DNA of 64,000 bases. Origin: Selaginella moellendorffii. Taxonomy: Eukaryota > Plantae > Lycopodiophyta. Each line of letters starts with the position of its first letter. Position 1 is the first letter of the stretch. The translations under genes were made by a program, and so were the position numbers. Under the pieces are notes generated by a model. That model was not told where the DNA came from and did not search any database. It saw nothing but the letters and a program-made list of their open reading frames with translations. The stretch covers positions 21,231 to 85,230 of the forward strand of contig NW_003314448.1 in the NCBI RefSeq assembly GCF_000143415.4. Direction: 5' to 3'. Shown in pieces: positions 62,271-64,000 of the stretch.

Positions 62271-64000
62271 ATTGAGTTTTTCTTTCTCGATTTTTCCCGA
62301 GTTTCTTCTCGAGGTCACTTTCCCGAGTCTAGCTCAAGAAAGGTCTTGTATTTGAAAAATCTAGTGGTGTAAGTAAGCACGATTTTGTTTGTTGGAAGGA
62401 GGTTGGTTGTGTCATAAATTGATCAATATAGCTGTTCACTAGTAATATTAGATACTGCTCGCTAGATTTGGGATCAAGCAAGTATGCAAACGATTGCAAC
62501 TCTCTTTAGTAGTCCAATCTTGTCTAAATTCTTGAACAATTATTTTGGTCTCTTACAATGTGTTGGTTGTACTGGAATGTGTGCTCTCACTTTGAGCGTT
62601 TGTGTTTCCTAGTCGATGGTAATATTTGAAAATGCTAAATACAGCAGTGGTTGTATTTTTAATGTCCTAATTCTTGTATGTTTCTTGTCTCAGGTGACAA
62701 ATCTATCTAGTGCACTTTTCTCTAAGGTCCTTTCTTTATCCTGAGGTAGGTATGTTCATGTATAGCACTTTTGTCGAGTGTAAAATCTCTTTGATCTAAT
62801 GTGTTGTTGTGCAACTCAAATGAATTCTTGATGTTGTTAACTACTTCCATTAACTCATTAGTTCTGCCTTACATGTCACCTTCAATTTCGTGATGGTTCA
62901 TTTCCTTGATTCTATACTTGCTGGAGTTGTTCAACTTCCCTCTATCATATAGCACGTTCTCTTTCATGATCAGAATCAATTGCTTCGCGAACTTCCCAAG
63001 GCATACTCTTAATTAATATTCTTGCATTATAAGTTTGAAATCTTGACACAGGATCTCCTAAAATACTCCTTAAAATGTTGAGATTTCTTGGACGCACTCT
63101 TCCTTGTTGGTTGCGAATGATATATATCTCTAAGCTAGGGTTTCGACATTGGACCTCAGTGTCAAAGTTAAAATTTATTACTGTATTTAATCTTGGCCCA
63201 TTGTGATTCCGTCTTAAATTTCTCCTCCTTTGATTCGTAATCCTCGAGCTTTCAAGTCATTCCCTTGAACTTGACTCAAGTTCAGGTTCCCGTCAGTTTC
63301 TTGAACTCGAATTCCTAATTCGAATTTGTTGATTGCCTTGTCCTTAATTTCTTAATTCTCTAGCTATTCTTGTCTATCCTAAATGATGCTAACATGCTAT
63401 AGTGTATAATTTGTTAAGAGTGCTTGTTGGAGGACTTTGAAGAAGTTGGTAAGTAATTTTGCATTCTTTTCAAAATCTCTAAATCTAAGTGTGTCAACAA
63501 ACCAACAAACTTGTGGTTCAAAGGTTCCACACTCTATTGCTGTTAAAACTCTCATCAAATCAATGTTGAAAACAAGTGTTAATAGTTGAAAAGTTTCATG
63601 TTTATATATGCCTAGAAATTTGATAATTATTTGCTGAAAGATGTGTCCGTGATACACTTAAGTCAGGGTTCTTCGAGTTGTAAAGAAATCAAAGTAAACA
63701 TATTTTTCTTTCAACATTTCCTCATTTTCGCATTCTTCCTATTTGTTAGTCAATTTGTAAAAGAGTCACAAAAGTGTTTCTTGAAGTTTTTGAAAGCAAC
63801 CAAAGCTTTGTTTCACTTCTTTTTCTAAACTATTGTTACTCTTTTTGGTGTTGTCTTCTTGGGTTATTTCTTCTTGTTTCTTTCTCTCTTCTGCTGTGGC
63901 ATTTTCATCCCTAATTTGGAGTTTTGCTTTTGTTTGCTTGTAAGTGTAGCATTGCTGTTTTGGATAGCATTGTTTGTATGGTTTTGCACAATTTTGAAAC

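Overview
Eukaryotic, land-plant DNA, most likely the start of a chromosome arm. The CCCTAAA telomere repeats, PPR fragments, MiAMP1-type peptide genes and telomeric Penelope-like element suggest a lycophyte such as Selaginella (inference). The first ~9.5 kb is a head-to-tail chain of an endonuclease-less Penelope-like retroelement (Athena/Coprina type) interleaved with telomere tracts. It has one intact copy (coiled-coil ORF1 plus RT, apparently joined by a -1 frameshift signal with a G_GGA_AAC slippery site and predicted H-type pseudoknot), a 57-nt truncated copy, and a distal copy preceded by a type I hammerhead ribozyme. The chain sits on a Ty3/gypsy RT that was broken and capped with telomere repeats. 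Further in are a rearranged LTR-element complex containing a complete 5S-bearing Cassandra TRIM (plus a solo LTR at ~61.9 kb), and a ~4.3 kb inverted duplication carrying two intact MiAMP1-like antimicrobial peptide genes and BAHD pseudogenes. The rest comprises many gypsy/copia/LINE remnants, PPR/UGT/LRR fragments and a CYP71-clan P450 interrupted by an assembly gap.
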